Part shown: positions 1-9,348 of the stretch, piece by piece
How the letters are laid out: each line of letters opens with the position of its first letter
How positions within the stretch are numbered: position 1 is the stretch's first letter
Assembly: GCA_965223505.1 (NCBI GenBank)
Contig: CBDCWP010000013.1
Coordinates: forward strand, 203,261 to 267,260
Source: Planctomycetota bacterium
GTDB lineage: Bacteria > Planctomycetota > PLA2 > JAEUHO01
Direction of reading: 5' to 3'
DNA length: 64,000 nucleotides
Made by a program: the position numbers and the translations under genes
The notes under the pieces: model-generated
Told to the model about the DNA's origin: nothing
What the model saw: only the letters and a program-made list of their open reading frames with translations
The model's database searches: none

Positions 1-514
1 CTTCCGCCATCAAATCCGGCGTGTTCTCGGTCCCAGAGATCGCCGGCCCGAGCATGCCCTTTAACGTCTTCCCGGTGTGGCGCTTGAGCGTCGCCATGGT
101 GTCCTGGTAGAACTCGCGCTCCCGCGCTTCCGAGTAGCCGTAGAGATAACGCGTGTTATAAATCCCATGGCTCATGTAATCCCAATCCCGCTCGACCATG
201 GCCGCCGCAATTTCCGGATAGTGTTCGAGCACCGCCATATTAAGCGACACGCAGCACTTGATGGCGTAGGCGTCCAACACCTCCAGCATGCGCCAAAAGC
301 CCACGCGGTTGCCGTAGTCGCGGTAGCTATACTCCCGCACATCGGGATAGGGCATACGGGGCCACGGATTGCGGTGGCCTTCGTAGTCGGGCAGATATTC
401 GTAGTGCTCGACATTCGGCGACACCCAAAACGCCACGCGCGCGTCGTTGGGCCAGGTCAGACGCGGCCGATCGATAATGGGACTGTAATCGACGCGGTGC
501 GGCGGTAATGACAC
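1..514 (-). CDS. Polysaccharide deacetylase / PuuE-allantoinase-like protein, 5' part (runs off the window start)
   Basis: Hand translation from GTG at 514 (GAGGAG RBS): MSLPPHRVDYSPIIDRPRLTWPNDARVAFWVSPNVEHYEY...RDYGNRVGFWRMLEVLD; close paralog of 28325-29233. Not in the ORF track. Confidence 0.85.
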   Translation of the reverse strand, partial: MSLPPHRVDYSPIIDRPRLTWPNDARVAFWVSPNVEHYEYLPDYEGHRNPWPRMPYPDVREYSYRDYGNRVGFWRMLEVLDAYAIKCCVSLNMAVLEHYPEIAAAMVERDWDYMSHGIYNTRYLYGYSEAREREFYQDTMATLKRHTGKTLKGMLGPAISGTENTPDLMAE

Positions 515-672
515 GAGACGGCTCCTCTAATCTCAGAACGATCCGATCGATGATGGCCAGGATGGCGTTGCTCGCCTATCGTATCATGCACACGGGTAAA
601 GTTGCACGACTGACGTCTTGGCCATACTCCAGCCACGCGTGATTACGGAAGTGGCAGCCTGCTGAAATTATG

Positions 673-700
673 TTGCAAAAGGGTATAATAATTATACAAT
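673..700 (+). promoter_or_regulatory. sigma70-like promoter with overlapping palindromic operator for the BrnT/BrnA-like pair
   Basis: TTGCAA (673-678), 16 nt, TACAAT (695-700); perfect inverted repeat GTATAAT-A-ATTATAC (683-697); ATG at 707 suggests a leaderless mRNA. Confidence 0.6.
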
Positions 701-706
701 ATTCAC

Positions 707-982
707 ATGCGAATTCGATGGGACGAAACCAAACGACAACAAGTTTTAGCGCAGCGTGAGATCGATTTTGCTCGACTCGATGAGTTATTCGAGCTGCCCT
801 ACGTAGAAGATCAACGAAACGATGACCCAGAGCAGTATCGTGTCATTGGTTTTGCCGCTGGGCGTCTCGTTTCATTCATCATTGAATACCGAGCGGATGT
901 GCTTGGCGACTATATCTGGGTGGTCACGGCGTGGCGCGCCACCCCACAAGAGGAACATGCTTATGAGCGAGAAGTCTATTAA
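707..982 (+). CDS. brnT: BrnT-family toxin (type II TA ribonuclease)
   Basis: MRIRWDETKRQQVLAQREIDF...EQYRVIG...WVVTAWRATPQEEHAY matches the BrnT pattern (WDxxK, IDF, ..SAR.A..E..Y). Confidence 0.85.
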   Translation: MRIRWDETKRQQVLAQREIDFARLDELFELPYVEDQRNDDPEQYRVIGFAAGRLVSFIIEYRADVLGDYIWVVTAWRATPQEEHAYEREVY

Positions 983-1241
983 CCATTCTGATGCTGAAGA
1001 TATTGAAACGATTGCGGCCCGCGCAGAGCGCGGAGAGGATGTCTCCGCTCACTTCACCAACCGGCACGTGGCCAAACAACGCGTCAACATTGATTTTCCA
1101 CTGGCGTTGCTGCGCCAAATTGATGCCGAGTGCCAGCGCATCGGCGTCACCCGGCAAGCGTGGATCAAGATGGCGTGTGATGAGCGCCTACGCCAGGCGC
1201 TCGCGAGCCCACAATCCGATGAAGCCCGCCGAACCGTCTGA
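963..1241 (+). CDS. BrnA/CopG-like ribbon-helix-helix antitoxin
   Basis: Likely start ATG 963 (MSEKSINH...), overlapping the toxin; C-terminal RVNIDFPLALLRQIDAECQRIGVTRQAWIK is RHH-like. Confidence 0.8.
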   Translation: MSEKSINHSDAEDIETIAARAERGEDVSAHFTNRHVAKQRVNIDFPLALLRQIDAECQRIGVTRQAWIKMACDERLRQALASPQSDEARRTV

Positions 1242-1252
1242 GGCCCGCCGAC

Positions 1253-2899
1253 CTACCCGAACGAAAACTTCGAGTACTCCCCTTCGTCGCACGTGATAAA
1301 CTCCAGCACCGTCGGCCGCCCGGCCTCCGTCGCCGCCAGGCCGCGCTTGAGCGCCGGGATGATCTCCTGCGGCTCGGTGATTTTCTCGCTGTAGGCGCCC
1401 ATGGCGTGCGCCACCTCGGAAAATTCGCCGGAGAGCGTCTTGACGTTGTACTTCTCCAAGGCCACGGGAAAGCGGCTGTTATCGTAAATCGACATGTAGG
1501 CGTTATTGATCACGATGGTCAAAATCGGGATGTCGCAGCGCACCGCGGTTTCGATATCCAATCCGACCGTGCTAAAGGCCAGATCGCCCATCAGGTTGAT
1601 CACTTGCTTGTGCGGCGCCGCCATCTTGGCGCCCATGGCCAAGCCCAGGCTGTAGCCCAATTGCGTGGACTTGCCCCAGCCAATAAAACTACGCGGCGCG
1701 CGGGCCTCCCAGAAGGGAACCATGTACTCCCTGGCGCTGCCGGATTCGTGCGTCACGATGGTGTTGTCGAGGTCCACCGTGTGCATCAAATCCCACACCA
1801 CACGGTAGGGGTTGATCGGCTTGCTCGTCGAGGTCAGCTTGTGCATCCATTGATCCAGCCACTGCGCCTTGGTCGCCTTAATGTCATCCTGCAGCGCGTG
1901 ATCGGCAGGACGCGCGCCGCCAGCCTCGTCTTGCAGGGCCTCCAACAGTTGCCGCAGCGCCAGTTTGGCGTCGCCCACCACCGGATAATCGCAGCGGAAT
2001 TCCTTGTTGATGGCGTCTTCGTCATTGGTCAGGTGCGCGATCGTTTTCCCAGGCGGAATCGGCGCGCCGAAATTGGTGCGGGTAAAGCTGCAGCCCACGC
2101 CGAACACCAAATCCGCGCGCGTCAAATAGCGGTGCACGCCCAGCGTCGTGCTCGGCCCGGCTGCGCCCACGGACAGCGGGTGCGTTTCGGGAAAGGCGCT
2201 CTTGCCGGGCAGGGTGGTCATCACCGGGGCCTGTAAAAACTCGGCGACCTGCACCAACTCCGGGGTGGCCTCGGCGTACAGTACGCCCTGACCCGCGTGG
2301 ATGATAGGCCGCTCGGCCGCCAGCAGGGCCTGGGCGGCGCGGCGCACCAGTTCCGGATCGCCCGCCTGGCGCAGCTTCTGCGGCGGCGTGTAGTCGAGCC
2401 CATTGCCAGGCAGCTCCGCCATCGCCACGTCCTGCGGAATTTCCAGCAACACCGGCCCCGGCCTGCCGCTGCGCAGCTTGGTGAAAGCGCGTCGCATCAG
2501 CTCCGGCACGCGCTCCACCATGTTGATCTCGTCAGCCCACTTGGTGATTGTCTCATAGCTGCGCGCCGGGTAAAAGTTGGGGTGCACGCCGCGCCGGGCG
2601 CGCGCCATGCCAGCGGGCAGCAGCAGGATCGGCACGGACTCCGCATACGCCTGCGCCACGCCGCCAAAGCCATTTTCCGCGCCAGGGCCATTCTGCATCA
2701 TAAAGACGCCGATGCGCTGCCCGTTGTTGATGCGGGAATAGCCGTCCACCATGTGGATGCCAGTCAGTTCCTGGCGGAAGATGAGGGGCCGGATGTCGGC
2801 GATAGCCGCGGCTTCCAGCAAGGGTTGATAGGGCACGCAGGCGATAAAATCCACCCCTTCCATACGCAAAATATTGGCGATCGCGGTAACGCCGTCCAT
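1253..2899 (-). CDS. Thiamine-pyrophosphate-dependent enzyme (acetolactate synthase large-subunit-like)
   Basis: RQE...DGYSR, NGPGAEN, GRPGPVLLEIPQD, TPP motif GDLAF...NN; start ATG 2899. Confidence 0.9.
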   Translation of the reverse strand: MDGVTAIANILRMEGVDFIACVPYQPLLEAAAIADIRPLIFRQELTGIHMVDGYSRINNGQRIGVFMMQNGPGAENGFGGVAQAYAESVPILLLPAGMARARRGVHPNFYPARSYETITKWADEINMVERVPELMRRAFTKLRSGRPGPVLLEIPQDVAMAELPGNGLDYTPPQKLRQAGDPELVRRAAQALLAAERPIIHAGQGVLYAEATPELVQVAEFLQAPVMTTLPGKSAFPETHPLSVGAAGPSTTLGVHRYLTRADLVFGVGCSFTRTNFGAPIPPGKTIAHLTNDEDAINKEFRCDYPVVGDAKLALRQLLEALQDEAGGARPADHALQDDIKATKAQWLDQWMHKLTSTSKPINPYRVVWDLMHTVDLDNTIVTHESGSAREYMVPFWEARAPRSFIGWGKSTQLGYSLGLAMGAKMAAPHKQVINLMGDLAFSTVGLDIETAVRCDIPILTIVINNAYMSIYDNSRFPVALEKYNVKTLSGEFSEVAHAMGAYSEKITEPQEIIPALKRGLAATEAGRPTVLEFITCDEGEYSKFSFG

Positions 2900-3099
2900 A
2901 CCAGTTCTCCTCTCTCCTGTTGTGTGTCGTGTGGCGCATATCGATGGGCGCATTGTATGAACGAGGCGCCACCCGCGTCAAGCGTCATGCGCGCCGGTTG
3001 GCGTCCGCAGGGCTTGACTTTGCCCGCCGAATGGCGGAAAGTACGGAGAGCGCGACTAAATCTTCTAGCGACGCTGCACTGCAGCGGTGGAGGGCGACT

Positions 3100-4296
3100 A
3101 TGCAATTTGGGCTACTTTACGAATGTCAGCGGCCGTTTAAAGGCACCGAGATCGATTGGAACAAGCTCTACAAAGAGACCCTGGAGCAATGCGAACTGGC
3201 CGACAAGGTGGGCTTTGACAACCTGTGGTTCGTCGAGCACCACTTCCTCACCGGCTTTTCCGGCTCGCCGAGCCAGGACGCCATGTTCGGCGCCCTGAGC
3301 CGCATCACTAAACAAATCCGCATTGGCTATGGCGTCTGCATCTTGCCCTATCACCACCCGGTGCGCGTCGCCGAGCGCGTGGCGCTGCTCGACCAACTCA
3401 CTGATGGCCGCATCGAGCTGGGCACCGGCCGCTCCAACGCCTACGAGCAAACCGGCCTGGGCTTGGACCCCAGGGACACGCGCAGCTTGTGGGACGAGTC
3501 CATCACCATGCTGCCGAAGATCTGGACCTCGGACGAGTTCGAGTGGAAAGGCAAACACTGGAACGTGCCGAAGCGGCGCGTGCTGCCCAAGCCCTACCAG
3601 CAGCCGCACCCGAACATGTACCTGGCCTGCACCTCGCCCGATAGCTTCCGCCTGGCCGCGCAAAAGGGCATCGGCGTGTTGTCATCGACGTCGTACGCCG
3701 TCAACGTCCTGGCTGACCTGGTGCAAATCTACCGCGACGAACTCAAAAACGCCCAACCGGTGGGCGACTTCATCACCAACTTCTGGGGCAACAACGTTCA
3801 TAGCTTCTGCGATGACGACGACGATTACGCCAAGGACTTGGCGGCTGAGTCGATGAAGACGTTCTTCGGGCCTGACAAGCCCTATATTCAGGGCCGCATC
3901 AACGCCTATGAAGAGCTGATCGAAGCCTGGGGCGGCATTCCCGACCACTTGCAGGCCGACTTTGGCCGCTGGTTGCGTCAATCCGATGAGGACCACAAAA
4001 AACTGGCCACGGAAGTCGGCGTCTCGTTAGATTCCGGCCCTGGCGCGGCGCGCGCCGCCTTTGCGCAGTTGGACAGCAAGACCCTGGCGGATCGTGGCGT
4101 CATCATTGCTGGCAACCCCGAATCCTGCATCAAAACCTGCATGATGTACGAAGACATCGGCGTTGACCAAGTGATGCTGATCATGCAGACCGAGACCATT
4201 CCGCATGACAAGGTGATGGGCTCGATCGAGAAATTCGGCAAGGAAGTGATCCCGGCGGTGAAGGCCGCCACCGCCAAGGCGGGCGCCGCTGATTAA
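3100..4296 (+). CDS. Luciferase-like (LLM class) flavin-dependent monooxygenase
   Basis: MQFGLLYE, ADKVGFDNLWFVEHHF, HHPVRVAERVALLDQLTDGRIELGTGR, PKPYQQPHP. Confidence 0.9.
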   Translation: MQFGLLYECQRPFKGTEIDWNKLYKETLEQCELADKVGFDNLWFVEHHFLTGFSGSPSQDAMFGALSRITKQIRIGYGVCILPYHHPVRVAERVALLDQLTDGRIELGTGRSNAYEQTGLGLDPRDTRSLWDESITMLPKIWTSDEFEWKGKHWNVPKRRVLPKPYQQPHPNMYLACTSPDSFRLAAQKGIGVLSSTSYAVNVLADLVQIYRDELKNAQPVGDFITNFWGNNVHSFCDDDDDYAKDLAAESMKTFFGPDKPYIQGRINAYEELIEAWGGIPDHLQADFGRWLRQSDEDHKKLATEVGVSLDSGPGAARAAFAQLDSKTLADRGVIIAGNPESCIKTCMMYEDIGVDQVMLIMQTETIPHDKVMGSIEKFGKEVIPAVKAATAKAGAAD

Positions 4297-5960
4297 GATG
4301 CTTTCTGCTTGTTGACCTCGCTTGGCTCGCTGTCGTCGGCGTCGGTAACCCCGACGTCGACGGGGCGGGCTTCGGTTTTAGCTTCCGCAACCGGCGCACT
4401 GCGCTGGCTCCACCAACGCCGATTCGCCAAGATCGCGGGCGTAATGGCCAACGCCGCCAACAGGGTGTTGAGCAAAAAGTAATCGCCCCAAGCTGCAGTG
4501 CTGGCCTCCGCCATCAAGCGTTGATGCAGCAACGCCATGCTCTTCGCGGGCACTAGCGGCGCGATCTCGCCGGACCACATCAAGAACTCCCGCACATGGC
4601 CCATGGCCGCCGTCATGGCGGCGTGGTCGGCCGGCGTGTCGACGGCGTATTGCTGAATGTGATGCTGGAAACGGTAATCCCAGAACACCGCCGACGAGGC
4701 CATGCCCACCGTGGCGCCAATGCTGCGCAGCAGGCCCAGGAGCCCCGCCGCCATCATCACCTGATTGTCGGGCAGGGCGCGCAGCGCAATGAGGTTATTG
4801 GGCGAGCCAATCAGGGCCTCACCAGAAAAGCGCAGGCATAACAGGCTGATCAAAATCGACGCGGTGGTCAGCTCATTCACCCCGGAGTAGTTCCAAAACG
4901 CCCAGCCGTACACCAGCAATCCGATGATGACGAGGATGTGCGGCGAGATGCGATCGGAAAGGCGTCCCACCAGCAGCACGCCAACGCCGTAGGTGAGGTT
5001 CGAGGGCAACTGTGTCCAGGCCACCATGAGCGGAATAAAGCCGAGCATACGCTGCATCAGCACCTGCATCATCGGGCCAGTGCCGCGAAAGGCGACGGTG
5101 GTCAAAAACAGCACGATGGCGGCCATGACAAAGGGCGGCTGACAAAATAGCCGCAGCTCCACCAGGGGTTCGTCGCTGCGCAATTCGATGATGATGAACA
5201 CGAGCGTCGCCACCGCGGCAATGGCGAACAGGGTCAAAATATACTGCGAGTCCCAACCCTCACGGTTGCCCTGGCTCAGGGCCAGCATGAGTGTGATGAC
5301 AGCTACGGCCATGGTCATCAAGCCGTATTGATCCAGGCGGCGCCGATCCGGTTGCTGCAAGTGCGGCAGCAGGAACCAGGCCGCTGCACACCCCAGGCCG
5401 CTCAGGGGCACGACGATGGCGTAGGCCGTGCGCCAGGCGGCGAATTCGAGCACGTAACCCGCCATAAATGCGCCGATCGAGGGGCCTACGGCCCAGCCGA
5501 TGAGGGAAAAGGCCAGGGCCATGCCGCGCTGATTGGGCGGAAAGATCTGGTAGAAAATCGCCATGGTCAGCGGCTGAATGAGTCCCCCGGCCATGCCCGC
5601 CAAGACGCGAAATAACAGCAGCGAGCCCCAGTCCCAGGCCAGCGAGCTACCCAGCCCGCCCAGACAAAACGTCCCCAGGCACAAGATGTACAACAGGCGC
5701 GGCCCCAGGCGGCCGCTGAGCCAGCCGAGCATGGGAATCATCACCGTGCGCGCCAGGCCAAAGGCGGTGAGCACCCAGTGAATCTGGTACAATTCGACGC
5801 GCAGGCTGGTCATAATTTTGGGCAGGGTGTAATTGCTGACCGACGCCTCAATGGCGAAAACGATCAGGCCCGTGCCGAGCAAGGCCGTGGTGAGCCAGCG
5901 CTCGCGGACGCCGAGATAAGTTGGAGTAGCGGATTCGCTCATCGTGGTGTTCAGGCTCAC
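4293..5960 (-). CDS. MFS efflux transporter, DHA2 (EmrB/QacA) family
   Basis: About 14 hydrophobic segments, motif A GWLSGRLGPR, EPLVELRLF. Confidence 0.88.
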   Translation of the reverse strand: MSLNTTMSESATPTYLGVRERWLTTALLGTGLIVFAIEASVSNYTLPKIMTSLRVELYQIHWVLTAFGLARTVMIPMLGWLSGRLGPRLLYILCLGTFCLGGLGSSLAWDWGSLLLFRVLAGMAGGLIQPLTMAIFYQIFPPNQRGMALAFSLIGWAVGPSIGAFMAGYVLEFAAWRTAYAIVVPLSGLGCAAAWFLLPHLQQPDRRRLDQYGLMTMAVAVITLMLALSQGNREGWDSQYILTLFAIAAVATLVFIIIELRSDEPLVELRLFCQPPFVMAAIVLFLTTVAFRGTGPMMQVLMQRMLGFIPLMVAWTQLPSNLTYGVGVLLVGRLSDRISPHILVIIGLLVYGWAFWNYSGVNELTTASILISLLCLRFSGEALIGSPNNLIALRALPDNQVMMAAGLLGLLRSIGATVGMASSAVFWDYRFQHHIQQYAVDTPADHAAMTAAMGHVREFLMWSGEIAPLVPAKSMALLHQRLMAEASTAAWGDYFLLNTLLAALAITPAILANRRWWSQRSAPVAEAKTEARPVDVGVTDADDSEPSEVNKQKAS

Positions 5961-6088
5961 AGGTAGCGGCGCAACGGTTCATGTCACTTTTGGCAGCGTG
6001 ACACATCTCTGCCGCGCCTGTCAAGCTTCTGTTATAATCAACCCTTTACATACGCCGATTTACAACGGATAACCTTGGAGATTCCACC

Positions 6089-7468
6089 ATGGCGACCACC
6101 ATGCCAACGACGCTAATGGAAACGCCCGCCGTGACGGCCGGGGCGCTAACGACAGACGATCTGTCCGCCTTTCAAGACGACTTTCAGTCCAAGCCCGCCT
6201 ACCGCCTGATGCAAAACGCCGTGACCGAAACCACCATTGACGCGGTGGCCCTCAACCGCCAGGTGGTGACGCGCGCCGACCACACCTTTTCCATCCATCT
6301 CGACGACTGGAAGGTGACCAACCAAAAGCAATCGGGCCGCTGCTGGGCCTTTGCCGGCATGAACCTGATTCGCGTCGGCGCCATGCAAAAGATGGGTCTC
6401 AAGAATTTTGAGTTCAGCCAGAATTACGTCATGTTCTGGGACAAATTCGAAAAGGCCAATTGGTTCTTAGAGGCCATTTTGCAAACCGCAGGCCGCGATG
6501 TCGATGACCGCACTGTGCACTACCTCCTCGGCCGCCCAGTGGACGACGGCGGGCAGTGGAACATGTTCGTCAATTTGGTGCGCAAATACGGCCTCGTTCC
6601 CCAGACGCAAATGCCCGAAACCGAGAGTTCCTCCAGCACCGGGCGTCTGAATCAGGCCCTGCTCAACGAACTGCGGCAAGGCGCCCGCACCCTGCGCCAA
6701 CTCGCGGCTGATGGCGCCGGCGATGACGCCTGCCGGGCGCGCAAAAAAGACATTCTCAACACCGTCTACCGCATTCTCTCCATTCACTTAGGCACGCCGC
6801 CGAGCTCGTTCCTGTGGCAGTGGAAGAACAAAGACAAAACCTTTCAGCGCAGCGGCGAAACGACGCCGCAAGCCTTCGCCGCCGAGTACACCACCATCCC
6901 GCTCGACGATTACATCTGCCTGGTGCACGACCCGCGCAACCCTTATGGCAAGACCTACACCGTGGACTTCCTGGGCAACGTCGTCGGCGGCCAGCCCGTG
7001 GTCTATCTCAACGTCGATATCCAGCTCATCAAAGCCATCACGCAGCGCGCCCTCGAAGACGGCGAACCGGTGTGGATGGGCTGCGACGTGGGCAAACAGA
7101 TGAGCAGCAAATTCGGCGTCTGGGACCAGCACCTCTACGACTTCGAGGGCGTCTACGACACGGCTTACACCAACGACAAGGCCGACCGGCTGCGCTACCG
7201 GCAAACCGTCATGACGCACGCCATGCTCTTTACCGGCGTCGATGTCGTAGACGGCGCGCCGCGGCGCTGGCGGGTGGAAAACAGTTGGGGCGACGAGCGC
7301 GGCCAAAAGGGCTATTACCTGATGAATGACAACTGGTTTGACGCCTACATGTTCGAGATCGCCGCGCACCGCAAGTATCTCTCGGCCGACTTGCTGCGGG
7401 CCTTTGACGAGCCGCCGGTGGTGCTGCCGGCCTGGGATCCGATGGGGTCGCTGGCGGGGCGGGGTTAG
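6089..7468 (+). CDS. pepC: Aminopeptidase C / bleomycin hydrolase (peptidase C1B)
   Basis: Catalytic motifs NQKQSGRCW, THAM, VENSWG; C-terminal WDPMGSLA. Confidence 0.95.
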   Translation: MATTMPTTLMETPAVTAGALTTDDLSAFQDDFQSKPAYRLMQNAVTETTIDAVALNRQVVTRADHTFSIHLDDWKVTNQKQSGRCWAFAGMNLIRVGAMQKMGLKNFEFSQNYVMFWDKFEKANWFLEAILQTAGRDVDDRTVHYLLGRPVDDGGQWNMFVNLVRKYGLVPQTQMPETESSSSTGRLNQALLNELRQGARTLRQLAADGAGDDACRARKKDILNTVYRILSIHLGTPPSSFLWQWKNKDKTFQRSGETTPQAFAAEYTTIPLDDYICLVHDPRNPYGKTYTVDFLGNVVGGQPVVYLNVDIQLIKAITQRALEDGEPVWMGCDVGKQMSSKFGVWDQHLYDFEGVYDTAYTNDKADRLRYRQTVMTHAMLFTGVDVVDGAPRRWRVENSWGDERGQKGYYLMNDNWFDAYMFEIAAHRKYLSADLLRAFDEPPVVLPAWDPMGSLAGRG

Positions 7469-7477
7469 GCGCCAGAA

Positions 7478-7521
7478 CGCCGGTTTTCTTGAGTCGATGA
7501 TATGGCTTGGGAAAACCGGCG
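7478..7521 (+). terminator. 18-bp hairpin after pepC (terminator or REP-like)
   Basis: CGCCGGTTTTCTTGAGTC-8 nt-GGCTTGGGAAAACCGGCG, fully paired when G-U is allowed. Confidence 0.5.
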
Positions 7522-7580
7522 CAGTTGAGGACGGGTACACTAAATGGGCCACTCTGATAGGTGCTTGTTTTGTCGCGATT

Positions 7581-7604
7581 TGTGTTGTAAATTATTACAA
7601 CACA
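7581..7604. promoter_or_regulatory. Palindromic operator upstream of a TA pair
   Basis: TGTGTTGTAA-ATTA-TTACAACACA, perfect 10-bp arms, directly before the RBS of 7612. Confidence 0.65.
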
Positions 7605-7611
7605 GGAGAAC

Positions 7612-7890
7612 ATGATGCTTGATGTCGTTGTTATCTGGGATCCCGACGACAACGCAGAGCATATTGCCGAACACGGCATCACGCTAGACGAGGTCGAAGA
7701 CGTCGTAGGCTACCGAGACAATCTACAGGCGACTACGACGACAAGCAGATCTTCCGGCCGCTATATCACGTTTGGCTATACCGCTGACATGCGCTACATC
7801 GCGGTGGTGTGGGAACATGTCGATGACAATCCGCTCACCATTTATCCGATTACTGCTTTTGACGCGCCAGAGCCACGAGGAAGGGGATAA
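7612..7890 (+). CDS. BrnT-like toxin
   Basis: IWD..NAEHIAEHGITLDEVEDV...GRYITFGYT..RYIAVVW...YPITAF. Confidence 0.75.
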   Translation: MMLDVVVIWDPDDNAEHIAEHGITLDEVEDVVGYRDNLQATTTTSRSSGRYITFGYTADMRYIAVVWEHVDDNPLTIYPITAFDAPEPRGRG

Positions 7891-7895
7891 TTGTC

Positions 7896-8252
7896 ATGAA
7901 ACGTATATACCGCAAGATGTCTCATTCGCCCGAAGACAAGGCGCGTTTGCAGGCGATCCGAGATGAATTTCAAACGCAACGACCGTCACTTGATGACTTG
8001 GTCGCATCGGGCGACTATACTGAGCCCACGCCGCACAAAGAGGTCTTGGATGCGATGCGCATCGCCGCCTTATTGAAACGGGCGCGGGAAGAAGCGCAGC
8101 TCAGTTTGGCGGAGGTTTCCAAACGTTGTGGCATCGATCGTTCGGCGATTAGCCGGATTGAAAATGGCGTGTATAAAAATTTAACCATGAGCACCCTGAG
8201 CCGCTTGGCCGGCGCCTATGGGAAACGGGTGACGATCCAACTTGAGGACTAA
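7896..8252 (+). CDS. XRE/HTH antitoxin
   Basis: LKRAREEAQLSLAEVSKRCGIDRSAISRIENG...TLSRLAGAYG is a cro/C1-type HTH; 5 nt after the toxin. Confidence 0.85.
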   Translation: MKRIYRKMSHSPEDKARLQAIRDEFQTQRPSLDDLVASGDYTEPTPHKEVLDAMRIAALLKRAREEAQLSLAEVSKRCGIDRSAISRIENGVYKNLTMSTLSRLAGAYGKRVTIQLED

Positions 8253-8494
8253 ACGCGCTTTTCCGGTGACATGCGCTAGTGCTCGATCGCTCCTAAATTG
8301 ATGGACAGGACTGCCGCCAGTTTTCGACAGTTGCCAATTTCCTTGTTCGCTAATCCATCGTTTTAGCCGCAATGGAGCAATAGTTTCAGACATCATTAAA
8401 AGTCTTCCTCGCTTGACTCACCTGGCCATGATGCGCCAAGCATCCAAAAGTTCAGAAGCATCAAGGAGGCCGCGGCCAAGTGTGGACATGAGGT

Positions 8495-9271
8495 TTAACT
8501 GAGCACATTGCCGCCGTCGATGTTTAGCGTCTGCCCGGTCATATAATCTGAATCGCTCGAAGCCAAAAACGCCGCCACGCTGGCGACATCGGCCGGATAG
8601 GCTGGCCGGCCCAGTGGAATGCGGCGAATGCGCCGCTGTTTCGGCTCCCCTTGGGGCATGCCGCGCTGCTCGGCGGTTTGCGCATCAATGAGAGACCACA
8701 TCTCGGTATCGACCATGCCGGGAGCGAGGGCGTTAACGGTCACGCCTTTGCGGGCGAGGCTCAGGGCCATGGAGCGGGTCAGGGACATCACGGCGGCTTT
8801 ACTGGCGCCGTAGACCGCGCTGTCCGCCACTCCCTGGCGCGCCGCGATTGACGCGGTGTTGATGATTTTCCCGCCGCCCTGAAGCGCCATCTGCCGCGCG
8901 ACGGCCTGGCCACACAGAAAAACCCCCTTGGCGTTGACGGCCATAATGTGGTCCCAGTCTTCTTCCGTGATGTCCAAAAAGTCGTGAATTTTGATCACCC
9001 CGGCGTTATTAAAAAAGACGTCAACCCGTCCGAACGTCTCGACGACTTGCCGCACCATCTGCTCAACCTGGGTGATGTCGGTGACATCCACGGCCAGCGC
9101 CAAGGCGCGCCGGCCCGTATCGGTGATCGACCTGGCGGTGTCTTGCAAGAGGGTATCGCGAATATCGGCCACCGCCACATCCGCGCCCTCTTGCGCCAGA
9201 CGCTCGGCGATCGCCCGGCCAATTCCCCGCGCCGCTCCCGTCACCAAGGCCACTTGATTGTCTAAGCGCAT
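8495..9271 (-). CDS. Short-chain dehydrogenase/reductase (sorbitol/acetoin-DH-like)
   Basis: TGAARGIG, NNAG, YGASK. Confidence 0.92.
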   Translation of the reverse strand: MRLDNQVALVTGAARGIGRAIAERLAQEGADVAVADIRDTLLQDTARSITDTGRRALALAVDVTDITQVEQMVRQVVETFGRVDVFFNNAGVIKIHDFLDITEEDWDHIMAVNAKGVFLCGQAVARQMALQGGGKIINTASIAARQGVADSAVYGASKAAVMSLTRSMALSLARKGVTVNALAPGMVDTEMWSLIDAQTAEQRGMPQGEPKQRRIRRIPLGRPAYPADVASVAAFLASSDSDYMTGQTLNIDGGNVLS

Positions 9272-9348
9272 CGTCTCTCCTCATTGAATTTCCCGCCGCT
9301 TGCTGACGCGAATGCATCGAGCCATCCAGCCGGATGTCGTCATCATGG

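Noticed and set aside
8181..8396. Small minus-strand ORF after the XRE antitoxin
   Set aside because: Overlaps the antitoxin and has no recognisable motif; may be a remnant but cannot be supported.
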